Below are positions 53,156-63,133 of a DNA stretch of 64,000 nt, piece after piece. The translations under genes were made by a program, and so were the position numbers. Origin of the DNA: an uncultured Hyphomicrobiales bacterium. Its GTDB lineage: Bacteria; Bacteroidota; Ignavibacteria; Kapaibacteriales; UBA2268. The notes beneath the pieces were generated by a model. The model searched no databases, was not told the DNA's origin, and saw only the letters and a program-made list of their open reading frames with translations. The stretch covers positions 63,074 to 127,073 of the forward strand of contig CAYVVD010000007.1 of assembly GCA_964454975.1 (NCBI GenBank), in the 5' to 3' direction. Each line of letters opens with the position of its first letter. Positions within the stretch are counted from its first letter, which is position 1.

Positions 53156-55633
53156 TCACCTTGTTACCTGTATCTTTCCCTTCACCAAAATACCTTTTGC
53201 GGACTTTATCGTATAATAATACGATCCGTTGCCCAAGTTTGCCGTGCTAATGTTATTAATTCCTGCCTTAATTGGATTTTTCATAACACTGCTGCCTGCC
53301 TGGTTGAAAAGCTCAAGTACAATCCTGTCCTCAAAAGTGTCCCGCAATTCAAATACAATAAAATCCCCTGCCGGTTGGGGATAAATTTTAACAATAGATT
53401 CGTTTTCTTCCACAGAATTTGGGTTGCCGATTGTGAATGCATCGTTGCTCTGATCCCAGATACTTGTATCATCCTTATCTGTTATTTTTACTCTGCAGGC
53501 AGTTGAGTGGATGTTGCCAGGTGTCCAAAAGTAAAAGTGTTCACCATCATCGACATTATTTTCCTCCAATAGATTCCAGGCAGAACCATTGTCAGTTGTG
53601 TATTCAAGTATAACGGTCTCAACACCCGAGCATATATATTGAATTGAAATTTTCTGTCCGGCGTTAAATTGTTCCATCCCGTTTGGTGCGACAAGATTCA
53701 ATACCTTCGTTGATTCTCTCTCAATCCGGAATTTATCACTTATTTCAAAAATAGAAGGGTCACCTGCATCGGAGATTTTTAACAGGCAATTATCTGAACT
53801 GATATCAGGCGCATTTACAAGAAGCTCATTTTCTCCCTGTAATGCCTGGTCATATCTCATAAATTCAGACCAATCATCACCGCCGTTAGAAGAGTACTCA
53901 ATTATAAGTTCATCGGGGACTTCACCCCTTAATTCAAATAAGATGGTTTCTTCATTTGTAGCCAGCCATTTGGAATCAAGTACCGGGAGTTTGATTTCTA
54001 TCCCGGTCGGAGTAGTGCTTCCATATAAAATTCCATTCCAGTTGTATTTGCAGATGAATCCACTTGAACTATTTAGTGATGACAAATTGTAAGGAACGCC
54101 ACCAAGAGGATTGAAATCAATATTACCGGAGAATTGCCCGGCTGAAACAATATCGTCTTGCCAGTCGGTGGTTAAGCCTAAAACATAAGTATATGAAGAA
54201 AAATCATCGCCAATTTTTATTGACCATACATAATTACCTTCAAGGGAGTATTTTGCAAGAAATGCATTTTGTATAGAAGGATTTGAGGAAATTAGTTTTA
54301 TATCATCAGTTGGGTCTAAATCAAAATTCCCGTTAAAACTACCTCCAATGTAAACGTTTCCAAATAAATCAAAGGTCATAGAATGGGTGATTAGACGCGA
54401 ATCTTTATTATTTGAAGAGATTTTGAAACCCCAATTATAAGAACCAAGGTAGTCTAATACAGCGATAAAAGGTTGTAATGTATCAAGGTTATTTTCCAGG
54501 TACTCAAATTCGTAAATATCGGGATTGATATCTATGCTGTCCAAGAATTGGCCGGCAATAAACATGTTATAATCAGTTCCTAACTCGAAGCCACCGTTAT
54601 ATATGTATTCATCTTTTTTCCCGCCGATAATGAAATGCTCAAAATAAAATCCATCTTCATCATAGATACTGATGAAGATGTCCGTCCCACCATTGGACCA
54701 TGCCATGTCCTCCGAATCTCCAAGATCCATATAGCTTGCAAAATTTCCTGCGAAATAAAGAAATCCAAAGTCATCTACTTCTATTGAAGAATATGTATCA
54801 GAACCATCTTCCATTCGCGGAATGAATGACTGCGCCCAATAGTTTTCTCCATCGGGATTATATTTTGCAAGGAAATAACCGACAAATCCGGGTTCGTTAT
54901 TTGCATTTTGAATATTCCCCGGGCCCAGAGGGTCGAAATCGGCTTCTTCACTGAATACACCTGTCACGTAAATGTTATTAAGGTAGTCTATATCAAGATC
55001 CCAGGCGTAATCATTATGATCATTTTCGATTGAGCCAATAGCCAAACCCCACAGAATCTCACCTTCAGGTGTATATTTAGCGATGAAACCGTCAAATCCG
55101 CCATCAGCCTGGATTTCGTACTTCCCGGGACCGGGATCTAAGTCCATAATAACCGGGGCGCTTTGTTCAGGGTAAATTTTAAAGGAACCACAGACAATTA
55201 CATTATCTTCCGAGTCTGTTTTAATATTTTCAACTGTGGCCCATATATCCTGCCCTTCAATTACTTTACCCCAAACCAGGTTTCCCTGGGAATCATGTTT
55301 TGTAAGTAATATATTGAATTGTCCCAATGAATATAATTCAAGGAAGGTCCCATCAGGTTTTTCCAGGTCTACTTTATCTGAAAATGTTGATGCTGTAATA
55401 ATATTATTATCAGAGTCAGTTGCAAGGCACTTTGAACTTTGCATTCCCGTCTTTCCAATTAATATTGGAAAATCTGCGTTAAGTTGGACTGATATCAACA
55501 AGGCAAGAATGACTAAAATGCTTTTCATGGCTGCTCCATTAGGTATAATAAAGCTATACACGTGAAAATACGAATTGTTAGCAAAATTCAAAATTGAAAT
55601 TGTCCGATTAAGAGGCATTAACAGTTTTTCCAC
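53156..55633 (-). CDS. T9SS cargo with SBBP-like beta-propeller repeats + Ig-like domains + CTD; start probably ATG 55528
   Basis: Repeats D..NNI.V.G.F...DFDP..G...F.AKY..G...W; GGAG ribosome-binding site before MKSILVIL; CTD IYPQPA...NGSYYY. Confidence 0.85.
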   Translation of the reverse strand: MEKLLMPLNRTISILNFANNSYFHVYSFIIPNGAAMKSILVILALLISVQLNADFPILIGKTGMQSSKCLATDSDNNIITASTFSDKVDLEKPDGTFLELYSLGQFNILLTKHDSQGNLVWGKVIEGQDIWATVENIKTDSEDNVIVCGSFKIYPEQSAPVIMDLDPGPGKYEIQADGGFDGFIAKYTPEGEILWGLAIGSIENDHNDYAWDLDIDYLNNIYVTGVFSEEADFDPLGPGNIQNANNEPGFVGYFLAKYNPDGENYWAQSFIPRMEDGSDTYSSIEVDDFGFLYFAGNFASYMDLGDSEDMAWSNGGTDIFISIYDEDGFYFEHFIIGGKKDEYIYNGGFELGTDYNMFIAGQFLDSIDINPDIYEFEYLENNLDTLQPFIAVLDYLGSYNWGFKISSNNKDSRLITHSMTFDLFGNVYIGGSFNGNFDLDPTDDIKLISSNPSIQNAFLAKYSLEGNYVWSIKIGDDFSSYTYVLGLTTDWQDDIVSAGQFSGNIDFNPLGGVPYNLSSLNSSSGFICKYNWNGILYGSTTPTGIEIKLPVLDSKWLATNEETILFELRGEVPDELIIEYSSNGGDDWSEFMRYDQALQGENELLVNAPDISSDNCLLKISDAGDPSIFEISDKFRIERESTKVLNLVAPNGMEQFNAGQKISIQYICSGVETVILEYTTDNGSAWNLLEENNVDDGEHFYFWTPGNIHSTACRVKITDKDDTSIWDQSNDAFTIGNPNSVEENESIVKIYPQPAGDFIVFELRDTFEDRIVLELFNQAGSSVMKNPIKAGINNISTANLGNGSYYYTIKSAKGILVKGKIQVTR

Positions 55634-55689
55634 AATAAATACATTATTTTTTTGTATAATATTTAGTTAATCATTCCCATTGTACTGAA

Positions 55690-56970
55690 ATGAAATATTC
55701 TGTTGTTATATTATTGCTATTTCTCACTGCACTGCCCTCGCTTGCGGGGAAAGTTGTCGTTATAAATGTTGATGCCGGAATCGGCCCGGGTACAGCGTCA
55801 TACATAGAGAACAGCATCGAATATGCCGAAGAGGTCAACGCCGAAGCACTTATAATTAAGCTTGATACACCCGGCGGGCTGCTGGAATCAACAAGGGACA
55901 TCGTCTCTGATTTGCTGGAATCACCTGTCCCAGTTGTTGTTTATGTTTCGCCCGGCGGTGCAAGGGCCGGCTCGGCAGGTGTTTTTATCACACTGGCTGC
56001 CAATATCGCCGCAATGACACCGGGAACGAACATTGGCGCAGCACATCCTGTAGGGCTGGGCGGAGAGTCGGATTCAACGGCAGCAATGACTGACAAAGTA
56101 GTAAACGATGCCTCAGCCATGGTTCGCTCTATTGCCCAGAAGCGTAATAAAAACCAGGATTGGGCGGAACAGGCGGTACGCGAAAGTGTTTCGGCCACTG
56201 AGAATGAAGCGCTGGAGCTTGGCGTGATTGACTTTGTCTCGCCAAACCTTGATTCACTTCTGAAACAGATACACGGCATGACGGTGGAAACCAGTTCAGG
56301 TGAAAAAACTCTTAAAACTAAAAATGCAAGCCTCGAAATTCATGAAATGAACTGGAAAGAGGCTCTCCTGATGTGGCTTAGCGACCCGAACATAGCCTAT
56401 ATTTTCATACTGCTTGCGATATACGGGGTTTTCTTTGAGCTTTACAGCCCCGGAGCGATTTTCCCCGGAGTTATTGGAGGCATCTCAGCTCTGATTGCAG
56501 CATACTCGCTTCAGATGCTACCGGTCAATTACGCTGGACTTGGCCTCATGCTGCTTGCAATCGTTTTATTTATAATTGAAATTAAAGTAGCCAGCTATGG
56601 GATGCTTACAATAGGAGGTGTCCTTTCATTCCTGCTTGGCTCAATAATGCTAATAGATTCACCATTTGAATTTATGGAAATATCCATGACATTAATTATT
56701 ACTGCCAGCTTATTGACTGCTGCCTTCTTCGCTTTTGTCATCTGGATGGGTATTAAAGCGCAATACAGGAAAAAGGCAAGCGGAACCGATGGTTTTGCTT
56801 ATGAGCACGGAACAGCGCTTTCGTCATTTGATCCAGGTGAATACGGCAAGGTGCATGTACATGGCGAACGTTGGAAGGCAATCAGCGAGGAACAAATTAA
56901 TGAAGGCGACGAAATTGTCGTAATAGAATCTCAAGGATTACTTTTGAAAGTAAAAAAGACAAAAAATTAG
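55690..56970 (+). CDS. nfeD: NfeD nodulation-efficiency family membrane serine protease-like protein
   Basis: LDTPGGL, VSPGGARAGSAG, PGTNIGAAHPV, ELYSPG, C-terminal OB G.VHVHGERW.A. Confidence 0.95.
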   Translation: MKYSVVILLLFLTALPSLAGKVVVINVDAGIGPGTASYIENSIEYAEEVNAEALIIKLDTPGGLLESTRDIVSDLLESPVPVVVYVSPGGARAGSAGVFITLAANIAAMTPGTNIGAAHPVGLGGESDSTAAMTDKVVNDASAMVRSIAQKRNKNQDWAEQAVRESVSATENEALELGVIDFVSPNLDSLLKQIHGMTVETSSGEKTLKTKNASLEIHEMNWKEALLMWLSDPNIAYIFILLAIYGVFFELYSPGAIFPGVIGGISALIAAYSLQMLPVNYAGLGLMLLAIVLFIIEIKVASYGMLTIGGVLSFLLGSIMLIDSPFEFMEISMTLIITASLLTAAFFAFVIWMGIKAQYRKKASGTDGFAYEHGTALSSFDPGEYGKVHVHGERWKAISEEQINEGDEIVVIESQGLLLKVKKTKN

Positions 56971-57062
56971 ATTTTATATTGAAACTCTGAAAGGATATGG
57001 AACCCTGTCAGAGTTGGCCTATGCGAAAAAGAGTTCCTTAATATTTAAACAGGGAGATTAAT

Positions 57063-57875
57063 ATGAGCCCGATTCCAATTGTACTGGTACTATTTGCCAT
57101 AATTTTACTTTCATCCATGCTCAAGGTTCTCAAGGAGTATGAGCGTGGTGTAGTATTCAGGCTTGGCCGCCTGATTGACGTGAAAGGTCCCGGCCTTATT
57201 ATCCTTATTCCGTTTATTGATAAAATCCAGAAAGTAAGCCTGCGGACAATCGCGATGGACATAGAGCCACAGGATATTATCACAAAGGACAACGTTTCCA
57301 TTAAGGTAAATGCCGTGCTTTATTTCCGCGTGGTGGAGCCGGACAAAGCTATTATTGATGTTGAGAACTTCCTATATGCTACCAATCAGATATCGCAGAC
57401 TACGCTCAGGAGCATCCTTGGCCAGAGTGAACTTGATGAACTGCTTTCCGAACGAGATAAGATAAACGATCTCCTCCAGCAGATAATTGACGATCACACG
57501 GAACCTTGGGGCATCAAGGTTTCATCAGTAGAAGTGAAGCAGATTGACCTTCCGATTGAGATGCAGCGTGCAATGGCACGCCAGGCAGAAGCTGAACGTG
57601 AACGACGCTCAAAAGTCATCAACGCTGAAGGTGAATTTCAGGCAGCAAAAAGACTTGCAGATGCAGCGGCATTAATACAGGAGTACCCTGTTGCGTTGCA
57701 ATTGCGCTTCCTGCAGACACTTGCGGACGTAGCAACAGAGAAGAACTCAACAACTATCTTCCCTGTGCCTATTGACCTCTTGACTCCATTCATGAAAAAA
57801 GCAGAAGAAAGCCTTAAGCGGGGGCTTGATGATCTGGATGATAAAATGAAAGGTGAAGGTGGAGAAAAGAGTTAA
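57063..57875 (+). CDS. Slipin / stomatin-like SPFH protein
   Basis: [51 protein letters not shown]; canonical partner of nfeD. Confidence 0.95.
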   Translation: MSPIPIVLVLFAIILLSSMLKVLKEYERGVVFRLGRLIDVKGPGLIILIPFIDKIQKVSLRTIAMDIEPQDIITKDNVSIKVNAVLYFRVVEPDKAIIDVENFLYATNQISQTTLRSILGQSELDELLSERDKINDLLQQIIDDHTEPWGIKVSSVEVKQIDLPIEMQRAMARQAEAERERRSKVINAEGEFQAAKRLADAAALIQEYPVALQLRFLQTLADVATEKNSTTIFPVPIDLLTPFMKKAEESLKRGLDDLDDKMKGEGGEKS

Positions 57876-57895
57876 CATTTAAAATTAAAATGTGT

Positions 57896-57919
57896 AGAGC
57901 CGCAAAATATTGCGGCTCT
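57896..57919. repeat. Hairpin AGAGCCGCAA-AATA-TTGCGGCTCT (same stem as 37505-37528)
   Basis: Perfect 10-bp stem just after the stop codon. Confidence 0.65.
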
Positions 57920-57970
57920 TTACTACGTTATCCAAGTCCAGTATATCTTTGGATTATGTTCCATAAAAAT

Positions 57971-58044
57971 AATTCCGAACAACGTGAGGAATCCATAGGG
58001 CTGATGAATACTGGATTCCTGCCGCATATTACGGGACGGGAATA
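57971..58044. repeat. Degenerate REP-like element (ATTCC...GGAATCCA...TGGATTCC...GGAAT type)
   Basis: AGGAATCCA (57987-57995) / TGGATTCCT (58012-58020) stem with outer ATTCC/GGAAT. Confidence 0.45.
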
Positions 58045-58089
58045 AATAAAAAATGATGAACCTTACTTATGGGAAGGCTCTATTTCTCC

Positions 58090-59133
58090 CTACATCTCTT
58101 TCTTTTCAAACTCCTTGCCGGTAAGAGAATTTAGGAAAGTTTTCATCAAATCCACTTCATCTTCAGTTAATTGCTTGCCGAGGTTCATGTCTGCCATTTT
58201 GATAATAGCCTCGTCGAGTGTTTTTATATTGCCGTCGTGGAAGTATGGCGCAGTAAGAGCGACATTCCTTAGCTGTGGCACCTTAAACAGGAATTTATCT
58301 GATTCCTCGCCTGTTACTTCGAACCTTCCGAGGTCTTCGGTGTTTTCATAGGGTTTTACAAGGCCGGCTTTCTGATACATGTTTCCACCAACGAGCGGGC
58401 CGGTATGGCAAGTGATGCATCCCGATTTTATAAATGTATTCAGGCCTGCTTTTTCCTTATCTGTTAGTGCGTCCTGATTGCCATTGCAGTAATCGTCAAA
58501 TCGTGACCTGGATATTAATGTCCTCTCGAATGCAGCAATTGCCTCTGCGAGGTTGTCATAAGTAACCGGGTCGGATTCTCCCGGAAATGCATTTGCAAAC
58601 TTATCTGCATATTCCGGTATTCCTTTCAGAACCTTTACTGCATCTGATTCGCTTTTCATAGCCATTTCAACAGGATTAACAATTGGGCCTTTTGCCTGTT
58701 CCTTCAGGTCGGTTGCGCGTCCGTCCCAGAATTGCACAAACTGGAATCCGGCATTAAAAACTGTGGGAGAGTTTCTTGTGCCGTCCTCACCATGCGCGCC
58801 CGGGGATACCGGAAGGTTGTCAACACCCGGCCTGCCTTCATCTATAAAATGGCAGGAATTGCAAGACTGTGTATTATTATCCGAAAGCAATGTTTCGAAA
58901 TATAGCTTTTTGCCGAGTTCGATTCTTTCGGGAGTGTCTTTGTAAGTGCCTTTCATCGTATCCGGCACAGCGCCGAACATCTGCTTTGCCTGTTTGAAAA
59001 GCTGTGCCGCTTCCAACGGGTTAAGCTTATAATCTGAATCGCCTGTTGGCTTTTTGCTTTCGCCACCGCAGGATATTAAAATTAAAGTTGAGATTAATGA
59101 CAACAGAACTTTCTTCATTATTACTCTCCACAC
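58090..59133 (-). CDS. ccp: Di-haem cytochrome c peroxidase, lipoprotein (start probably ATG 59118)
   Basis: Two CxxCH motifs (CNSCH, CITCH), RNSPTVFNA, QFWDGRA, FKVPQLRNV...PYFHDG; lipobox LISC. Confidence 0.95.
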   Translation of the reverse strand: MWRVIMKKVLLSLISTLILISCGGESKKPTGDSDYKLNPLEAAQLFKQAKQMFGAVPDTMKGTYKDTPERIELGKKLYFETLLSDNNTQSCNSCHFIDEGRPGVDNLPVSPGAHGEDGTRNSPTVFNAGFQFVQFWDGRATDLKEQAKGPIVNPVEMAMKSESDAVKVLKGIPEYADKFANAFPGESDPVTYDNLAEAIAAFERTLISRSRFDDYCNGNQDALTDKEKAGLNTFIKSGCITCHTGPLVGGNMYQKAGLVKPYENTEDLGRFEVTGEESDKFLFKVPQLRNVALTAPYFHDGNIKTLDEAIIKMADMNLGKQLTEDEVDLMKTFLNSLTGKEFEKKEM

Positions 59134-59388
59134 TAATAAGTAAAATTACTCTGCCTAAATAATGGCATTTTCTCAATATTTCCAACTGTACTTAAACTTT
59201 TAATCCAATTTTAAAAAATAATTAATTGTTGTGCTTTTTGCCGGATTTGCCTGTCTTTTAATTGAAATAAGAGAATTTAATTTCAAATCTAAGAATTTCT
59301 ACTTATTTACATTTAGCCGATATTATGCAATATTAATTTGGATTGTAAATAATTTAAGTTATTTTTCCGAAAATTCACAAAATCAGGA

Positions 59389-60999
59389 GTGAACATGGAC
59401 CGCCGGGATTTCTTAAGGCTGAACCTTCGGGAAAAGCCATCTACGCTGACACCCGGGTATGAACCCACCGGAATAACACTTCTGGACGGCCCTCTTACAA
59501 GGAAACAAGCCGTCCACCTCTTGCGGAGGTTCACCTTCGCACCAACTACGGAACTAATCGACGAATTAACAGGACTCGACGTAGCTCAGGCAGTAGTAAG
59601 GCTGCTTGGCGACCAGACCGGCAGCCAGGCAGAGCCCTCAGACCTGTTAAAGGGCTGGATTGACGAACAGGAAGAAGATCCGCTTAGCGTGGGAAGCCAG
59701 GTAATCAGAGGCGAAATTGAAGGCCGCCTGCGGACTCGTTACAGGCAATTCAAAGACTGGTGGCTGGCAACAATGCGGGACGAAGACAAGCCCTTCTACG
59801 AAAAAAACGTACTTTTCTGGTCAACGGTATGGTGTATTGAATTTCCTTACGACACTAATGCTTTGATTCCTCCACCCCTGATTTACCGCAACAACCAAAC
59901 GATACGCAAAAACTGCTATGGCAATTACAAGAATTTTGCACTGGACATTACGCTGGATGGCGCTATGCTCCTCTACCAGAGCATGTACTACAGCACAAAC
60001 GTAGCGCCGAATGAAAACTACCAAAGGGAGCTTCTTGAGTTATTCACCATGGGTACAAACAATCTTTCAAATGGCGACCCGAATTACACCGAAACTGACA
60101 TTCAGGAAGGAACAAGAGCGCTTACTGGCTGGAAGACCGCAGCTTATAAGTTCCAGAATCAGCCAAACGGACCTTTCAATACTTACTTTGAAGCGCCTAA
60201 GCATGATACAGACTCAAAAACATTCATGAAAGAAATTATTCCCTCAAGAGACCCTGTCCTGGACAACACAGAGGAAAAAGTACGGGATGAGGAGATCCTG
60301 GGCGGTATCCTGAAAATCATGTTTGACAATCGTGCCGAAGCAATATCTTTCTTCGTTTGCTCCAAGCTCTACCGCTTCTATATGTTTGCAAGCGAAGCTG
60401 ATATTGACTGGACATTTGTTGCTGAGCTCGCACAGGTACTTAGAAATAATGATTTCAACCTTAAACCTGTTTTTGAAGAATTATTTAAGAGCGACAGGTT
60501 CTACAATGAGGAGTATATCGGCGCACAAATTAAAACACCCGTTGAATACATCGTCGGCCTCGAACGTATGCTGGGTGTTGAATATGCTAAATCCCGCATT
60601 GCTGTTGACGACCTCGAAATGATGCTGTATGATCCGCCAAACGTGGGAAGCTGGAAGGCATACCGTACATGGATCTCAACAAACACATACCCGCTTCGTG
60701 TTAAATACGGACATGAAATAGCCGACCTGCCTTCTGAAGCAATGCTGATTAGCCTCGCTAAAAAGCTGCCGGGATTTGAGAACGCAGATACGATGACAGA
60801 TTCGCTGATAGAATACTTCCTCCCGAGGGCTGTCAGCCAGGAAAGGCATGACAGGTATAAAGCCATACTGCTCCAGAATGCCGGGGTTGACGAGGCAGGC
60901 TGGACAGGCCTTATTAACAACAACGAGACAGAAGCCGGCGTAGGCATCCGCGCCTTGATTAAAGAGTTTATTTTATCACCTGATTTTGAATTAAACTAA
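59389..60999 (+). CDS. DUF1800 family protein (start probably ATG 59395)
   Basis: HLLRRF.F, E...LFW, PNENY.RELLELFTMG, YTETDI....RALTGW, IKTP.EY, PPNV..W. Confidence 0.92.
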   Translation: MNMDRRDFLRLNLREKPSTLTPGYEPTGITLLDGPLTRKQAVHLLRRFTFAPTTELIDELTGLDVAQAVVRLLGDQTGSQAEPSDLLKGWIDEQEEDPLSVGSQVIRGEIEGRLRTRYRQFKDWWLATMRDEDKPFYEKNVLFWSTVWCIEFPYDTNALIPPPLIYRNNQTIRKNCYGNYKNFALDITLDGAMLLYQSMYYSTNVAPNENYQRELLELFTMGTNNLSNGDPNYTETDIQEGTRALTGWKTAAYKFQNQPNGPFNTYFEAPKHDTDSKTFMKEIIPSRDPVLDNTEEKVRDEEILGGILKIMFDNRAEAISFFVCSKLYRFYMFASEADIDWTFVAELAQVLRNNDFNLKPVFEELFKSDRFYNEEYIGAQIKTPVEYIVGLERMLGVEYAKSRIAVDDLEMMLYDPPNVGSWKAYRTWISTNTYPLRVKYGHEIADLPSEAMLISLAKKLPGFENADTMTDSLIEYFLPRAVSQERHDRYKAILLQNAGVDEAGWTGLINNNETEAGVGIRALIKEFILSPDFELN

Positions 61000-61009
61000 G
61001 GGGGCAGAA

Positions 61010-62614
61010 ATGAAAAGACGTGACTTTGTTAAGACATCGGCTGCCGTTGGTGCAGGTGCAATGCTCGCCCCCTATATCGCAAAAGGGGTGCCGTACGAAA
61101 AACTTCCTATGGAAACACTCGGTTTCCTCGAAGCGAATACAATACTGATTATAGTCGAACTATTCGGCGGGAACGACGGGCTAAACACTATCATCCCGCT
61201 GCACATGGAGGACAAGTACAAGGAGCTGCGCCCGAGAATTAACATATCAAGGGCTGACGCACGCAGGTTCGCAGATTCAGATGTTTATTTCCATCCCGCA
61301 ATGGTTGACAGTGTTCACAGGGACGGAATGCTTGGCCTTTTTGAGCGTGGCAATCTTGCCGTCGTTCAGAATGTCGGCTATGAGGATATGACTCTTTCGC
61401 ACTTCCTCTCGCAGCAGATATGGCTGAGCGGAATAAACGTAAAAGACCCACGAGACCCGCGCCTATTCGAGGGCTGGCTCGGCCGTTACTTCCTGAGTAA
61501 ACTGCCGGATTACCCGTCTACGATACCGGAACACCCGCTTGCAATTGCCCTCGACGGAACCGTTCCACTGCTGTTTAAGACAGAATTGGGGCACATGGCA
61601 ATCTCGCTTCTTGACCCCGAGAAGTTCTACGAGCAGGGGGGAGGGTTAAGTCCTAAAGACCCGATAATGCAGGGTGATTCTCTTTATAATACCGAATATA
61701 ATTTTGTGCATACGATAGCTCGCCAGTCGCAGGAATACTCCGAAGCTATTTATAATGCTTACCAGGCAGGCAAGGACAAAATTCAGGTTAATTACACCTC
61801 CGGTTCAGAATTTGCGCCTACTCTTTCTGATAAATTCAAACTTATATCGCAATTGATTGCAGGCGGGCTCAAGACAAAGGTTTATTACATACGCCAGAGC
61901 AACTATGATTCTCATGCCCAGCAGATGAATGATCCCCATAGCGGCCAGCACCCGACGCTGCTGCGAGACTTGTCGAGAGGTATATCCGAGTTCATGGATG
62001 ACGCCATCAAGCAGGGCTGGTCTGACAGGGTTGCAGGCATGACTATCTCCGAGTTCGGCAGGAGAGTCTATGACAATGGCTCGCGCGGCTCAGACCACGG
62101 CACGGCGTCAATGGGATTTGTATTCGCTGCCGACGACTATGTGAACGGCGCTACATACGGCCAGCCGCCGGACCTCGAAGACCTTGACAGCGGTAACCTC
62201 CGCACTGAATACGACTTCCGCCGTGTTTACTCGAATGTACTTAACTCATGGTTCGGAGCAACACAGGATGAAATAGATACTATATTTGGTGATTCATTCC
62301 TGCCGCTGCCTATACTGGCGAATCGAGTGCTTAGCGTCGAGAACCCGCTTGCGGGCTACACAGGCAGGGAGTTGAATGTTTACCCGAACCCGTCAAGGGG
62401 CATGGCAACACTCCGCTTCGAGCTAAAAATGCCGTCAAAGGTAAAAATCGGCATATACAATCATTCAGGGCAGAGAGTGGCATTGCTCGAATCGGGATAC
62501 CTGGGTGCAGGTTACCACGAGTACCCTGTTCACTTAGGACAAAGTGGCACTTATGTTATTAACGTAATAGCCGGCAACAAAACCTACGCTGCACGGCTTA
62601 ATGTAGTTATGTAA
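61010..62614 (+). CDS. DUF1501 family protein with Tat signal and T9SS CTD
   Basis: MKRRDFVK Tat motif; LFGGNDGLN, SHF, YDSH, SEFGRR..DNG.RG.DHG; CTD VYPNPS...SGTYVI. Confidence 0.92.
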   Translation: MKRRDFVKTSAAVGAGAMLAPYIAKGVPYEKLPMETLGFLEANTILIIVELFGGNDGLNTIIPLHMEDKYKELRPRINISRADARRFADSDVYFHPAMVDSVHRDGMLGLFERGNLAVVQNVGYEDMTLSHFLSQQIWLSGINVKDPRDPRLFEGWLGRYFLSKLPDYPSTIPEHPLAIALDGTVPLLFKTELGHMAISLLDPEKFYEQGGGLSPKDPIMQGDSLYNTEYNFVHTIARQSQEYSEAIYNAYQAGKDKIQVNYTSGSEFAPTLSDKFKLISQLIAGGLKTKVYYIRQSNYDSHAQQMNDPHSGQHPTLLRDLSRGISEFMDDAIKQGWSDRVAGMTISEFGRRVYDNGSRGSDHGTASMGFVFAADDYVNGATYGQPPDLEDLDSGNLRTEYDFRRVYSNVLNSWFGATQDEIDTIFGDSFLPLPILANRVLSVENPLAGYTGRELNVYPNPSRGMATLRFELKMPSKVKIGIYNHSGQRVALLESGYLGAGYHEYPVHLGQSGTYVINVIAGNKTYAARLNVVM

Positions 62615-62750
62615 AGCGGTTGTTTGTGTCTCCATAAGCATCATTTCCGTTGTGGAGGCCGTGCAAAAATATAATTACTGGTTGTTCTTCCCCACTCCGG
62701 AGAGGAGGGAGAAAAGGTATAAACGTTTATATCCCAAGCAATTAACAGCG

Positions 62751-62783
62751 CCGCTCTCATTTGGAGAAGAGTCGGGAGTGAGG
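62751..62783. repeat. Degenerate REP-like element (CTCTC..TTGGAGA.G.G..GG.GTGAGG type)
   Basis: Resembles the CCTCTCC/GGAGAGG...GGGTGAGG intergenic repeat family; degenerate. Confidence 0.35.
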
Positions 62784-62844
62784 TAATTAATCACAGAAAA
62801 TTTATTAAACATAATACGAAATCGAGAATTCGATATTAATAAAC

Positions 62845-62866
62845 AGGCTGCTCCGGCAGCCTTTTT
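62845..62866 (+). terminator. Rho-independent terminator
   Basis: AGGCTGC-TCCG-GCAGCCT followed by TTTT. Confidence 0.75.
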
Positions 62867-62944
62867 AATGAAAATAAGATTTCTACTCCACCTTCACAAA
62901 GCGTCTTTGGTAAACTTGCTTGTCGGTTCTGATTCCTTTATTAT

Positions 62945-62970
62945 AGATGCCTGCTTTCGCAGGAACGACA
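62945..62970. repeat. REP-like element AGATGCCTGCTTTCGCAGGAACGACA
   Basis: CCTGC-TTTC-GCAGG hairpin in the context of the GTCATTCC.GCGAAAGC.GGAATC repeat type (reverse strand). Confidence 0.5.
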
Positions 62971-63133
62971 TTCTGTCGGACTGTTCGGCACTTCGAAGAT
63001 CGTACGGCGAACTATGCATTGGGTACTATCCCAACATTTTGGTTAAAAAAAATCCATAAATTATAAAATCAATTAAACGCTTTGTATTTTTGATACTTGC
63101 TCTTTTAACACGGACTTAACTTTACGCCTGGAC

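Noticed and set aside
55690-57875. nfeD-slipin pair as a novel system
   Set aside because: Well-described conserved operon.
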